Of a DNA stretch of 64,000 bases, positions 1 to 13,146 are shown one piece after another. The stretch is from Felis catus (Eukaryota). The DNA lies in assembly GCF_018350175.1 (NCBI RefSeq), contig NC_058368.1, positions 76,262,001 to 76,326,000 on the forward strand. Reading direction: 5' to 3'. A program made the translations under genes and the position numbers. Within the stretch, counting starts at the first letter, position 1. Every line of letters starts with the position of its first letter. The notes under the pieces were generated by a model. The model searched no databases, was not told where the DNA came from, and saw only the letters and a list, made by a program, of their open reading frames with translations.

Positions 1-236
1 GAGAATCTCCATCCTCCTGTCCCCTGAAATGTGGAAGCATTCAAGGATAATCTACGAACGCATACGAACGCACATTTAAGATGGCTCATACCATCTTAAA
101 TGTGGCAGCAAGAATTGATGCAAATCCTCCCGCTGTGGTCTTCCAGGGCTGGCCACGGTGGAATACGATATCTCGTTCACAGTCCAAAACTGCGTTCGTA
201 CTCTTTGCTGAACCATGTGTAGAAATGCCCAGCGTT

Positions 237-449
237 GGGGTACCTGGGTGGCTCAGTCGGTTGAGCGTCCGACGTCAGCTCAGGTCCTGATCTCGCGGTT
301 TGTGAGTTCGAGCCCCGAGTCCGGCTCTGTGCCGACAGCTCGGAGCCCGGAGCCTGCTTCGGATTCTGTGTCTCCCTCTCTCTCTGCCCCTTCCTGCTCC
401 CATTTTGCCCGCCTGTCTCTCTCTCAAAAAAATAAAAATAAAAAAATAA
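237..449 (+). mobile_element. Can-SINE (SINEC_Fc-type)
   Basis: gggg tacctgggtggctcagtcggtt head, CT-rich segment, A tail, diverged TSD agaaa(t/g)gc(c/t)ca(g/a)cg. Confidence 0.95.
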
Positions 450-3400
450 GAAAGGCTCAACGAAAAGCATTCTAAACTTACAAAAATTGTTACGCTCCTT
501 CTTATTTTCATGCCCGTTAGTATTCCTTGGCTCCCCAGAGGGGGGGGAAGCAAGCTCGCGTATCGCATTTCCATATGTGCACTGCCTGCCAGGCTCCCAG
601 AGTGTTTTCTGGCTCCTCGGTAGGTACAAGTGACAAAGCTCCTGTAAAAGCCAGTTATTTAATGCTTGCAACCAAGCCGGAGGTAGGACCTACTACCTCC
701 TGTTTAGAAATGAAGATTCTGAGGCTGGTACTGTGCTTGGCACCCTTCTCCCCCTGTGCTTTCTCTGTGTTCCTTTCTCTGCCTCTGTCAGCCAGTGAAT
801 TCAGCACCAGGCTCCAAATGTGCCCCAGCAGGCTGCTCCAGCGCCCCCCCACCCACCCCACCCCCGCCTCCGTGGCTTTCACTTACAAGCCAGGAAGATG
901 CAGGAAACAGCCAGCTGCCTTGTGAAGCAGAAAGTGCCTTCAGAGAGAGGGAAGAGGGCCCACAGGGAGGGCAGTGAGGGCCAGATGCAGGGAGAAGTAA
1001 AAGAGAAAGAACATAATGGAGGCAGGAGAATGAGAACTTAGTTTGTGCTCTTGTCTTTTCATGCTTAGTACTCCTTCATGCCCTAATCTAATGTTTTGAT
1101 ATTTTTGTGGGAAGGAGGTTCAAATAGAGAAGCCTCTAAAAGCAGGATGGCCAATGGGTCTGTTTTAGGGTTGCTAAACCCTGAGGGTTTAAACCAAAAG
1201 AGAGTGTACTTAAGAGCATGTCAACGTAATTTCAGGACAAAAGTGTTACCTCTGCTGAACTGAGTCCACAATGTCAAATTTTCATGGCTCTGGACACTGG
1301 TGTTTTAAAATATCTACCTTAATTTCACGAAATAATATTTTATTCGCATGGAAGAAATATTTCCAATACAGACAAGGGAGTTTACATTGTGAAGCCAGGA
1401 AGCTTTGATGGTTAATACCAGCTGATTGCTCTGGTATATTATCATTTGTGAAAAAGTTAACTGTGATAATGTTACCATGTCTTGCCAACCTGTCATTAGT
1501 AAGGGGGTTAGGAGAAATACTTTTAGCCCAATTATCATTCCAGCTGCATGTCAATGTCAGTTGTATTAGCACAGCTGAGACTTAGCATTAAACCTGAGCT
1601 ACAACCAAATGATTATTTTGTCTTTTATTTTTTTTTTAAATCAGACAATTGGTCTCCCCGCATTGAATGATATGTGAATTCTGTTCATTGATTGGAAAAA
1701 AATAAAGCCCTAATTAAAGTTAATATATGTAAAGAGAGCATTGTTTCTCACGTTGAAATTAATCAGATGCATCCACGTTTATATGAGTTGTTTGTATTAA
1801 CAGAGAAAATGCAGAAGCATCTGAGGATAATCCAAAATGAATTCTCCAATTGAACAATCTAAAAAGGAAGTTATATTTTGTTTTTTGGTTTCACTGAAAA
1901 ATTGCAAAAGCTCAAAACTGGCATTCCTATGCACTGAAGAAAACTTGCAAAGAGTTTAAAAATTACCAAGCCCACTTGGTTTCAAGTCTAGCAGGGCAAT
2001 TTCAATTTCTAACAGCCACGGTGATATGTGACACACCATCTTCTTTCTTACATTTGACGTGAATATTTACAAATAAGAGAATCCGTTTCAAAAAGGCTGC
2101 AGCCATACTGTGAAGTTCTGACTCAAGTTTCTAGTACCAACAGACTTGCCAACCCATGGCTGAAAGGTTCAAATCTCTGAAAGAACCTGGAGCCGCAGTG
2201 TATGTGGATTGAAGCAAATTTCCAAGGACTGAATGTGAGCCCTGGAGACCCTCATTCCCACTATGCCTCCTGCCAAACTGTAGCCTCCTAGATCCCCGGT
2301 GTAAGGTGTATATATCCCAGAGTGCAGGCATGGGAAGGAGGGAACAAAATACCAAAACAGCAACTCATGCTTTTAATCTATAAAAGGAAAAAAAAAAAAA
2401 AAAGCTTTTATCTACAGTGTGGATTGACTCATTGGCCCCACTCTACCCACTTTTGCTAGTCGTCGTTTCGGTGATCCTAAGAACTAGCATTAATAAATCA
2501 ACCCTTACAAATTGGACAGTGCCTTAATAACTCCCTCCCTGCAAATTCCAAAAAAAAAAAAAAACCCCGCAGCCTCCAGATCAAAAGTAATACTAGAAAC
2601 GCAAACACATGTGAACAGTAAGAACACAGCAGAGAGCAAAGCTGACGCCTCTCCTACTTTAGAGGGAAGCCACGTACTTCATCTATTAAAATAAATCTTC
2701 CGAACGCTGAGTTTCAGTGGGATCTGAGTTTGTCGAAAGTAGAAAGGTGCAAACCGCAGTATCTTCCGGTGACTTTGATGACTAACTGATTGGCGTCGGG
2801 GAAGATTGCAACTGACCATCCTTGGGTCAGCGAAACCTTGATGTTAGAGGAAGCGAGTTCCCAGTAGTTCCTTGTTGCATTGCTTCTCTGTGGGATGGCT
2901 GCCCACGTGACCTCTGGCACCAGATGGGGGGAAGTATCTGGTGAGTGGGGATTTACATACTGATCTGCCCAACTCATTCTGGAGCAAATCACTCCTGCGT
3001 TTTCAAAAATCCCCGGACAGTGAGGCGGCTGACCCGATGTTTAAATCTGAAAGGCATGTTTAATTTTAAGGTAAATCAAATTTAAGCTAAATAAATTCAC
3101 ACAATGGTTATTTACAAGGCAAATGAGTACATTTACTGTATTATCAAGGTTAAGAGTGAGATGACCATTTACTTGCAATACTGAACGTGAAAGGTGTGAC
3201 TACAGGGACATTTCCCCAAGGATGTCACTTCCAAGAGACCAAACAGCAAGTGTGGTTGGGACTGGTCCCAACACCGCATCCTGGGCAAGGTGGTAGATCT
3301 TTGACTTTGTAGATCACCCGAGGATCTGATCTAGCGCACATCTAAAGTGCTAAGGACACTTGATCTTCATATACATGCTAGAGTAATGAGTGTTTGAAAA

Positions 3401-4702
3401 TAAGTTTAAGGCAAAGGAACTGAAGAAAAAATACAACTTAAATTCAAGACTGCAGTTGTAAGGAAATACGCCAAACTCATAAGCTCACTGTTCGCCGTCC
3501 ACAGCGCTTTTAGCATTGACTCGTAACAAGTCAATAAGTACAATCCTGTGTGCCACTGTCAGAAATGTATTGCTTGTATTAATATTCATCCATTAATTTC
3601 AATACACTGGCAAAGTGAATTTTAATTATTTTGCAATCCAAAGTGTTTTGCCATAACGTGAATGCTGATAATATATAGCAAACACGGAGTGCTCTGTACG
3701 TCCTTGCAAAGCTCTAACTGATTAAAATACACACTACATTCCCATTTTGAAGACAGTCACATTATCTACCCTCATAAATGAAGACTAAAGCCATATACGT
3801 TTGTTAGTTTACACAGATCATCGTTCCATCCTAGAATACAAAACATCTTTCATGCAATTTCTCTTTCAAATGCAATTGTTATTAAAAAAAAAAAAAAAAG
3901 CCTGGTCCTCGTTTTCAAAGGATGTATGGTTTGGGGTGTTTCTAAAATGTAAGCTAATGGATAATTGTGCTTTAAGTGAGTGCTTGCGGCTTTAAATCAA
4001 AGGCCTTTGATGACACAATCTTCATGTGAGACGTGGAACTCTCTGCTTTGCCTGAGAACAGGAAGAAGGAAGAATGTGATGTACACATTTTTCCCAAAAC
4101 TATGCTCCTCCAGTCGCCTTTGCCACTGTGTGCGCAGCAAATGATCTTCAGTGGAAGGAACTGTGTGCCTCACGGCACCAGCACCTTCTTCCCAGCCTCA
4201 TCTGCTGAGGTGTCCCTCATCTGCTTTCACACCTCTTACCCCCGCAAGTGCCCGCCATCTTGGAGACGTCGCAAAATCAATGTTTGTGAAATAAATGAAC
4301 GTCTGACTGAAAAAGTGTGAAAAGCCTAACTTGTTCTAGGCAAGTCCTTCAGTATCAGAGACTCCAAAGCATATGCTTTCTCGAGAATGGGGAGGGCATG
4401 AAGGCTTTTTGTTTTGTTTTGGTTTTGGTTTTGGTTTCTTTCCTAACGGGGCTGTGACTACGAGCGGAGCAGTAGGGCTGCAGGAACATAACTGCAAACA
4501 CATGGTCAGCCTGCAAGACACTTTTTTTCTCAGCTGCAGCAGAAAGACAAAAAAGATGAATCTGTCCTTCCTTCCTTCAGACACCTCATGTACACACGTG
4601 TATATACATGTACATATTCAGGTATGTATCACCATCGTGGGTATGAACGTGCATTTGTGTGAACACACAGGGGTATGCCACTTCCAAGAATGCCTCGATG
4701 TT

Positions 4703-4871
4703 GGGGTGCCTGGGTGTCTCAGTCAGTTATGCATCTGACTTTTGATTTCGGCTCAGGTCACGATCTCATGGTTCGTGAGTTCGAGCCCCGCATTGGGCTC
4801 TGCACCGACAGCATGGAGCCTGCTTGGGATTCTCTCTCCCTCCCTCTCTCTCTACCTCTTCCCATGTTGGT

Positions 4872-4918
<47 letters not shown>

Positions 4919-4946
4919 ATAAAAAAATAAAAAATAAAAAAAAATA
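4703..4946 (+). mobile_element. Can-SINE with (CT)n expansion
   Basis: Perfect 16-bp TSD aagaatgcctcgatgt (4686-4701, 4947-4962). Confidence 0.95.
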
Positions 4947-6339
4947 AAGAATGCCTCGATGTCAATTTGTACTCGTAAAATTATTAAGGAATTAAAAATT
5001 TTTAAATATGTGTAACAGTGGCACTGGTGGCTCGAAACAGAAGAGAAAGAGCAGGACATAATGAAACCATAAGCCCCAGTTCCTAAGGACTCCCAAGGAA
5101 GTCTTTAAGACAAGAATTTTAACATTTGGGATTGTCAATAAACAACGTTAGTCTCTCAACCTCATAATAATATTTCTCGGTTCTCCAGCTATTTGGTGGA
5201 ACTTGTAAAAGTCTATCCTTATTTCCCAGGTTCCTTTGAAAAAACAAGATACATTTCAATATATGTAAATCCCAAAGTATTATTTTTCTTCCTTTATTTT
5301 ATTCCCCCCTTGGGCTTTCTTATCTCAAGTTATAAAGAAACCGGCAGAGGCATAGAGGGGAGGGAATAAAGTTTAGAAAATCTAGTTATACAGGATGTTT
5401 TTCTCCACAGTAGAAAGGGGGAGGGAGGGGATTTTCTAACTTCCAACTTCTATATTTAACATTGCTATCTGAGAGCCAGCTCTGGTCACAGCCAGAAAGA
5501 AAAAAAAAAAAGAAAGAAAAAGAAAAGAAAAAACGCATGAGAAGACCTTCTCCTTCATACCTGCGTTAGGGCATGAGACGAGGGTATGAAGGCGTCAGCA
5601 ATGGTGAGTTACGGCTGGCAGAAAGGAACCTTGAACCTGATAATACACAAAACGTCTCTTTTAGGAATGAGTTGTAAGATCTCTGGTTGCAATGAGGAAG
5701 AAAAATGAGGCATGGAAAATAGGGGAAACAGGTTTTCAGTACAGACGGGGAAGCTTTAAACGGCTGGGGTAAAGCAAAACTACCCTTTCATCCGGAAGTT
5801 ATAGACCAATGTTGTTAGCTGCAGACGATGGAATATCTAGTTTCTCACTAGTTGATGCATAATGGGATTTATTAAAGAATGTTAGATGCCTCGGAACATC
5901 TCGGGGGGGGGGGGGCAGGAAATTGCACTTGGATGTAGTCACAGAAATTGAGCCTGGACTGATCCTCAGATCAGCTGCTGCCCAGCCCGTGCTGTTGGGG
6001 ACAGTGAGAGAAAGCAGACACTCCAGCACGGGCTGGGAAACGCACCCCCACCCCCATGCATGTCCGCTGTTTCATCATCCTCATGTCTGTACTCAGAACT
6101 CATTAGATGCATCCATGTGTAGAAATGTAGCCAGACACGGGTCTTGAACTCGCTCTCGCCGATAGGCATGAAGGTGTGGAGTGTATGTTGGGTGAGGCAA
6201 CCGCAGAGTGTTTGTCTCTGGTCTAGGATCTCGAGATACCCCAGTGAACAAGATGGAACAATGCTACTACCCATTTGCCTGAGATCATCTGTAGGCATGA
6301 CAAAGAGTGCAGGGAGCATGACCTACCCGCAAGGAGACT

Positions 6340-6460
6340 TGGCTTCTAGCCCTCTTGGACCCCACGTGTGACTTAAGATAAGTCGCTGACGTCGCTGTCC
6401 TTTAATTTCCTCATCAACAAAATTAACAGCGAATAAAATACGCCCAGTTTTGTCGGTCAA
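6340..6460 (+). mobile_element. MIR fragment
   Basis: gtgtgacttaagataagtcgctgac...tttcctcatc resembles the MIR core. Confidence 0.5.
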
Positions 6461-8849
6461 GGTATAAGCAGGAAACAGAAGCCACTTGAGATGGATCCAA
6501 TGAAGATGTTGATGAGGGAACTCCTAACAAAAGTGTGGGCAGATTTAAAGATGGCGGGACACGCAAGACTTTTCGCAGAGGGAAGCTGCTGTCCACCCCG
6601 GAGCTGAAAGAATGAACGAGGGAAAAATGCGGGGAGCCCACTGAATCCTGGGACTGTGGAGATAGGGTGGCAAGCGGAACCCAGGTTGGGGGAAGCAGCC
6701 ACTCCCAGCAGGTGATCTCTCCATATCCACCTTGAACCTCCTCCTAGTGCTTCCTGACGACCACGCTGGAAAGCCAGAGAGAGCAGGCGGGCAGGAAACT
6801 ATAGAGGAAAGACTGGGGAGAACACACGTGAACAAGAACCAACACACCTAAATATTCCCCAGAATTATTGCTGGGACTCCAGAAGATCACATATACACGC
6901 GTACTTTAGGAAGCATTTGAAGTGTTGTTTTTAAAGTAGGGCAATATTTGTATTATGGAGAACTTCTCTTTTGGACGTGTTATTCTTTATTCTGCTCTTA
7001 CCAAAGAACTTTCGATTTTTCTAATTAGTTCATGAGACATGAGGAGCAGCTGGAATGAGTTCAAAGAAAGTAAATGAAGGAATAAGTTCGAGGAGTGGAA
7101 GTAGAGGCCAGGGACAGGGTCTTGAGGGAAAAGTTGTGAAACAAAGATTGTTGCGGCCAAATGGATAGGAGATGAAGGGAGGTGGAATTTAAGCCCTGTG
7201 CGAGAAAAGATCATCGCAATAAATCCTCTTGCTTCTCGCTGTAAAGTAAATATTATTCTCTGGCTTTGATGTAAATAATAGAGCGGTAATGGGATAGTAA
7301 TGACAAGCAATACAATCAGTTCATCAACTGACACTTTTCCTCTGTTTAGAAATTGCGCCCCATCGGAATTCTGGCTTTGAGAAGGCACGGGCTTTCCTGA
7401 CTCATTACACTGTTTTCCATACTTAGGTTCTTCTGCCGAAGGTGAGTTAAAGACAAAAATGAAAGGCTCACCACGATACGAAAAGAAAAACCTGAAATCC
7501 AGGCGTGTTTGTTCATACGTCGGTCAGATGTCACCTCGACATCCACCGTTGGAAACGTTAGACTAGGAGTCGCACAGGAATGAGACACTCCATCATGTTT
7601 CAGTAGCTTTCATTGGCAGCGGGGTCTGAAACTTAAATAGAATCCTTTGTTATGGTGGCGCTTCCATGAGAAATGAAAGCGTGAAACTAAGCTTTCAAAA
7701 TCCTCTCTAAATCTGCCTTTTCAAGACTGTTACTTTGGGAGGTGAGATAACTCAGGGCATTGTCACAGTTGGCCCTTTGGCAGCGCACAAGGAACACATA
7801 AATCTCGGCGGATAATGACCAAAAACACTGAAAGTGATTTCACGATGTCAAGAAGGCACCAACTGGATATTAACCGCCTCGCTAAGCCTCAATACCGCCA
7901 GGTATATTTACTGAGCCAGAGTGAACAGGAGCCACGCACAGGAGATCCAGGCTAACAAAGATCGAACCTAAGGGTAAAAGCAAGACATCTACGGAAGTGA
8001 TTCAGTTAAAAAGTGGGGTGCCGGTGTATGGAGGAATCATTGTTTATTTTATGAGGACTGTATTCACTTAAAAAAAAAAAATGAAAGTCTCCTGGCCACC
8101 AAGATACAAGTTTTCCAAAACCCGCTGACCACAAAAACGTACGTTCACTCCCTGCCGACTTGCAACTCTGCGTCCAGCCTCACACTCTGTCCCATAGATT
8201 TGAAGTCAATTCCCCACCAAGCTACGGATCTGTTTCAGGTCAGCCTTATGAATGGACACCATTGATGCCATTCATCTAGCTCGTGGCCTTTCTTGAGCAG
8301 AATGAAATATGAAGACTCATTGTATTACACTCTGAAGGTATAAGCTGTGGCGAGATTGACGAAATAATTATGTAAATAATGGCAGACGTCTACGGAAGAA
8401 TAATGGCTGAAAAAGCTGAGTAACATTAAAAAGTTAATATATTTAATGTTAACCTTTGTAGCTTTCAGCAATAATTCAAATCTAGCAAAATTGTTGTAGA
8501 AAGCATAGTAATATTAAAGCAAAGGGAAGAACGTCATGGTAATAAATGAATCCCCCGGTTTTCCGGGAAACTAGCAGGATATTATTTTACTTTAACACTA
8601 AAAGCTAAACACAAGATTTTATTAATATTGAGTGCCATTCTTCTTTGTAATGTGTTGGACTTACCCAGAAAATGGAGATTTTTAATTTCTAATTCTTCAG
8701 TGTAATCAAACACCTAAAACATTTCAACAGAAAGGCTTGAAAATGTTACAATATAAAATAATCATAATTTAAAGGTCCGAATGCAAGAGACTTGGTTGGA
8801 GTTCTCGTGAACACACAATGAGTAACTCGTTAAAACTTTTCAGCAGTTA

Positions 8850-9046
8850 GGATGCCTGGATGGCTCAGTAGGTTGAGCGTCCAACCTCGGCTTAGGTCGT
8901 GATCTCACAGTTCATGGGTTTGAACCCCACATCTGACTCTCTGCTGTCAGTGCAGAGCCTGACTCGGATCCTCTGTTCCCCCCACCCCACCCTCTAACCC
9001 TCCCCAACTTGCTCTCTCTCTCTAAAATAAACAAACATTTAAAAAA
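8850..9046 (+). mobile_element. Older Can-SINE, host of a nested SINE
   Basis: Head gatgcctggatggctcagt; outer TSD aaactt(t/c)tcagca at ~8833 and ~9295. Confidence 0.9.
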
Positions 9047-9255
9047 TTTTTTTAACGTTTATTTATTTCTGAGACAGAGAGAGACAGAGCATGAATAAGG
9101 GAGGGTCAGAAGAGAGGGAGACACAGAATCTGAAACAGGCTCCAGGCTCTGAGCTGACAACACAGAGCCTGACGCAGGGCTCAAACTCATGGACCATGAG
9201 ATCATGACCTGAGCCGAAGTCGGACGCTTAACCGACCAAGCCACCCAGGCGCCCC
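9047..9255 (-). mobile_element. Can-SINE inserted antisense into the tail of the previous SINE
   Basis: Reverse head ends ccacccaggcgcccc at 9255; 32-bp flanking duplication. Confidence 0.95.
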
Positions 9256-9976
9256 TCTGTCTCTAAAATAAACAAACATTTAAAAAAATCCAATAAACTT
9301 CTCAGCAATGAACATTCTATAATTACACATAAATTATATTTTCTCCCACCCCAAATATTAGAGACCAATAATAACACAAGGGCAGAATGAGATTAAAGGG
9401 GTGATCATCTTTGTTTCAATTTCACGGATGAAAGATAGCTTGGGACTTCGCCAAAGAAAATAATGATGTCCAGGAAAATTCTGGGTTCCTGGAACAACCA
9501 GGGCCATCTTGACATGGAGGAAGTGTTTGCTTTCTCATTAGGTTCCCTCAGGTCAGACTTGAGATCATCTCACAGAAGCCAAAAAAGTGTGTGTGGGGGG
9601 GGTGGATTACGAGGAGTTTGTTTCATCTGGGAAGATCGAGAATACTGAAGATAAATACTGGAGAGTCTACGAATGTGCCCCTAACTCTTCTGTGGCTGCT
9701 TCCTCTCTCTGGGTCTACGTTCTCTGCCAAGGAAAGCAGACGAAAAATCATTGCTCACATTCTGAAAAGGAAATGAGTAGAGCTGCATTTTTCTATCTCA
9801 TCAATAAGATAATAAAGACAGTGGTCCCTGGACAAGCCTGCATACAGTTCTAGTTCTTTTAATCCCCTTAATTAGATTTTTTTGGAATATCTGTAAATTG
9901 CCTCGCATTTGATTAAATCAACTTGTTGCCCGTGACCCAAAGAGACTAGAAATTTATCTCTCACTTCCCATTTTAA

Positions 9977-10187
9977 TTTTTTTTAATGTTTATTTATTTT
10001 TGAGAGAGACAGAGACAGAATGCAAGTGGATTAGGGGCAGAGAGCGAGGGAGACACAGAGTCTGAAGCAGGCTCCAGGCTCTGAGCTGTCAGTACAGAGC
10101 CCGACGTGGGGCTCGAACTCATGAGCTATGAGAGCATGACCTGAGCCGAAGTTGGACGCTCAACCAACCGAGCCACCCAGGCGCCCC
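9977..10187 (-). mobile_element. Can-SINE
   Basis: Full reverse element; TSD tctcactt(c/t)ccattttaa. Confidence 0.95.
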
Positions 10188-10994
10188 TCTCACTTTCCAT
10201 TTTAAATAATATTTGTGGGCTTAGGGAAATTGATCTGTCTGAGGCTTTGTAGATTAGAGGTTACAGCCAAGGCAAATTCACTTTGATAACAACAAAATCT
10301 ATGGATTGAGGGGATTCCATGAACTTTTGGATTTTGAGACACATGTTTTTTCTCTTTGGGCTCTTAAGTAGAGCAGAAAATAAGCAAGTCATAGAAAAAG
10401 TAGACCTTTGAGAGCACACTTGACTTGCTTACTGCTGAGGATTCTGGACCAGGAAAATATGAATGCCACACCTTTGTAATGATGCTAGAAATCTAGAAAC
10501 ATATGACTTATGACACCCACCTCTCCAGCAAGGAGACATATCGTAATGCAAGCTCTATGAGGAGCATATCCAGTTAATATTCCCCAAGCACATTACATCG
10601 CTTGGTTCTAGTCTGCTGGCTTGAATGCATATTGCTCCCTGGAAAGAACTTACAATTCCCTTTACAATGCATTTACAGTTGATTAAAGAATGGATTTGCA
10701 ATTCAGAGTCTATAATTAGAGCAAAGGGTCTCTATAATTTGAGTTACCCTCATCCACTAATGATGATGTTATGGAGATTAGCCACTATTATAAGGACCCT
10801 TGGCCACTAAAATGATTACTGGAAAACATGTATTGAGGTGCAGTGGCCCATTCTTTTACCACAGGAAGCCTATTATAAACAGTGTTATGCAAGGCTACTA
10901 GACAGGAAAAATGAGATTAACAATTAACACCTTGCTCAAAGGATTAGTATATCTCTTATGCTCTTATGACTTGGATTCTAATTAAAATCTTCAG

Positions 10995-10996
<2 letters not shown>

Positions 10997-11039
<43 letters not shown>
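10997..11039 (+). repeat. (GT)n microsatellite
   Basis: Read directly. Confidence 0.98.
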
Positions 11040-11040
<1 letters not shown>

Positions 11041-12029
11041 ACATGTGCATACGCACACATACCCAGAAGTGTATGTGCTCCTTTCCAGGTGCCCGACACT
11101 TGCTTCGAGTTTTAGAAAAACACGGGTTGGTTCATGACATAAGCTGGAAGCAAACCCTTCTAGGAGGAGACATTTCTCATTGCTCTTTAACTGGAAACCG
11201 TGTACTGTCTTCCAAGGAAAATCTCAATATTAAAGTATTTAACTCTCCTGTAAGTCTATTCGGTTTTTCGTATACAATGCAATTTTGCCACTGATTTATG
11301 TAGTCATTTCTACAGGGTTCTGCAGCTAAGTACCTTCGCTAGCATTTAACGTGGGCAGGAAACAGAGGGCGTAAAGGTGTTTACAAACCAGAGCCCCTCC
11401 ATGCTGGAATTAGGGGCTGTGAAACTATCATAAAGGTGTGGGGGGGGGGGGGAATGCAAAATTTCTATTTCTATTGTCAAAAATTCCTCCTTTTCTAATT
11501 TCTGTTTGTGCTTTTGAAAGTGCATGAATAATTGGTATAGTAACACATGTTATTATATAATTTATAAATAATTTGCATATATTAAATGCGTACAGGGTTT
11601 CTTTTCACTGAGAGGCGTTTGCAAACAAACAAAAAATATTTCTTGTTTTTTTTCAATCTTCGTCAGGCATGTGAACTTCAGGAAGCTAGTTCTAAGTATG
11701 TATGCGCTCACTCCGCTTCCCTTTTTGAATCCAAATGGGTAGGAAAATAGGGAAATTGAGATTCATTTTCTCCTCAGATCCCTAGTTATTCTTGGTTTCA
11801 CTGACTTAGAATTATTCATGCTCTGGTGAAGCACTCTCATTGCTGGGGTGAAGACGGTAATGAGGAAAAAGTGTTATAAATAGTGTACATTAGTTGATAA
11901 CTAAGTGCCATGTTTTAGGCCTCGTTAAAACTTCTAATAACTTCTATATAATCTCAGTAAATGAGAAAAGGGCGAGGTCACCAAACAGAAGAGGCAAGGA
12001 AAAAACCTTCCTCGAAACTGAGAAAACTT

Positions 12030-12235
12030 AGGGCACCTGGGTGGCTCAGTTGGTTGAGCATTGCACTTTTGAGTTCGGTTCCAGTCATGATACAAAGGTT
12101 GTGAGATCAAGCCTCACGTCGGGCTCTGTGCTGAGCATGGAACCTACTTTGAGATTCTCTCTCTCCCTCTACTCCTTCGCCCTTCTCTCCCACTCGCGAG
12201 TGAACACGCTCATCAATCAATCAATCAATCAATCA
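12030..12235 (+). mobile_element. Older Can-SINE with (TCAA)n tail
   Basis: gggcacctgggtggctcagtt head; TSD tgagaaaa. Confidence 0.9.
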
Positions 12236-12346
12236 TGAGAAAAATCAAACAGATTCAAATCTGAGACCCCAGTTTAGCCAGCATGGTACCTCTTAGCTTA
12301 GTACAGTGCCTGGGACATAGTCTGTGCTCAGTAAATGCCATTAAAA

Positions 12347-12557
12347 TTTTTATTAATGTTTATTTATTTTTGAGACAGAGAGAGAAAGAGCATGAGCAGG
12401 GAAGGGGCAGAGAGAGAGGGAGACACAGAATGTGAAGCAGGCTCCAGGCTCTGAGCTGTCAGCACAGAGCCCGATGCGGGGCTCGAACTCACAAACTGTG
12501 AGATCATGACCTGAGCAGAAGTCAGACGCTTAACTGACTGAGCCACCCAGGTGCCCC
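12347..12557 (-). mobile_element. Can-SINE inserted in an L2/MIR-like 3' end
   Basis: TSD agtaa(a/g)tg(c/t)catt; left flank acagtgcctgggacatag...ctcagtaaatg is L2/MIR-like. Confidence 0.93.
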
Positions 12558-12674
12558 AGTAAGTGTCATTTAAATAAATAAATGAACACATCTATGACAT
12601 CACGGCAAATAATTTGAATATTTAAATATTTATCAGAAATAATAATAAAATTCTTGACAAGTTTAAAAAAATTT

Positions 12675-12886
12675 GGGGCGCCTGGGTGGCGCAGTCGGTT
12701 AAGCGTCCGACTTCAGCCAGGTCACGATCTCGCGGTCCGTGAGCTCGAGCCCCGCGTCGGGCTCTGGGCTGATGGCTCAGAGCCTGGAGCCTGTTTCCGA
12801 TTCTGTGTCTCCCTCTCTCTCTGCCCCTCCCCCGTTCATGCTCTGTCTCTCTCTGTCCCAAAAATAAATAAACGTTGAAAAAAAAA
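12675..12886 (+). mobile_element. Young SINEC_Fc
   Basis: Diagnostic head ggggcgcctgggtggcgcagtcggttaagcgtccgacttcagccaggtcac, CpGs retained. Confidence 0.97.
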
Positions 12887-13028
12887 TTTTTTTTTTTTAA
12901 TTTAACGTTTGTTTCTGAGAGAGAGAGAGAGAGAGCAAGCGAGCATGAGTGGAGGGGGGCGGAGCAAGAGGGAGACACAGAATCCGAAGCAGGCTCCAGG
13001 CTCTGAGCTGTCAGCATAGAGTCAGGCG

Positions 13029-13065
<37 letters not shown>

Positions 13066-13146
13066 CGGTGCTTGAACTCACGAACTGTGAGATCATGACC
13101 TGAGTCAAAGTTGGATGCTTAACCGACTGAGCCACCCAGGTGCCCC
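12887..13146 (-). mobile_element. Can-SINE with internal G36 run
   Basis: Reverse head ends at 13146; TSD cttgacaa at 12653 and 13146. Confidence 0.93.

Noticed and set aside
6987..7388. 133-aa minus-strand ORF with a GTAAGA donor near its end
   Set aside because: No recognisable domain, composition follows a purine-rich + strand, and it lies beyond the predicted poly(A) site.
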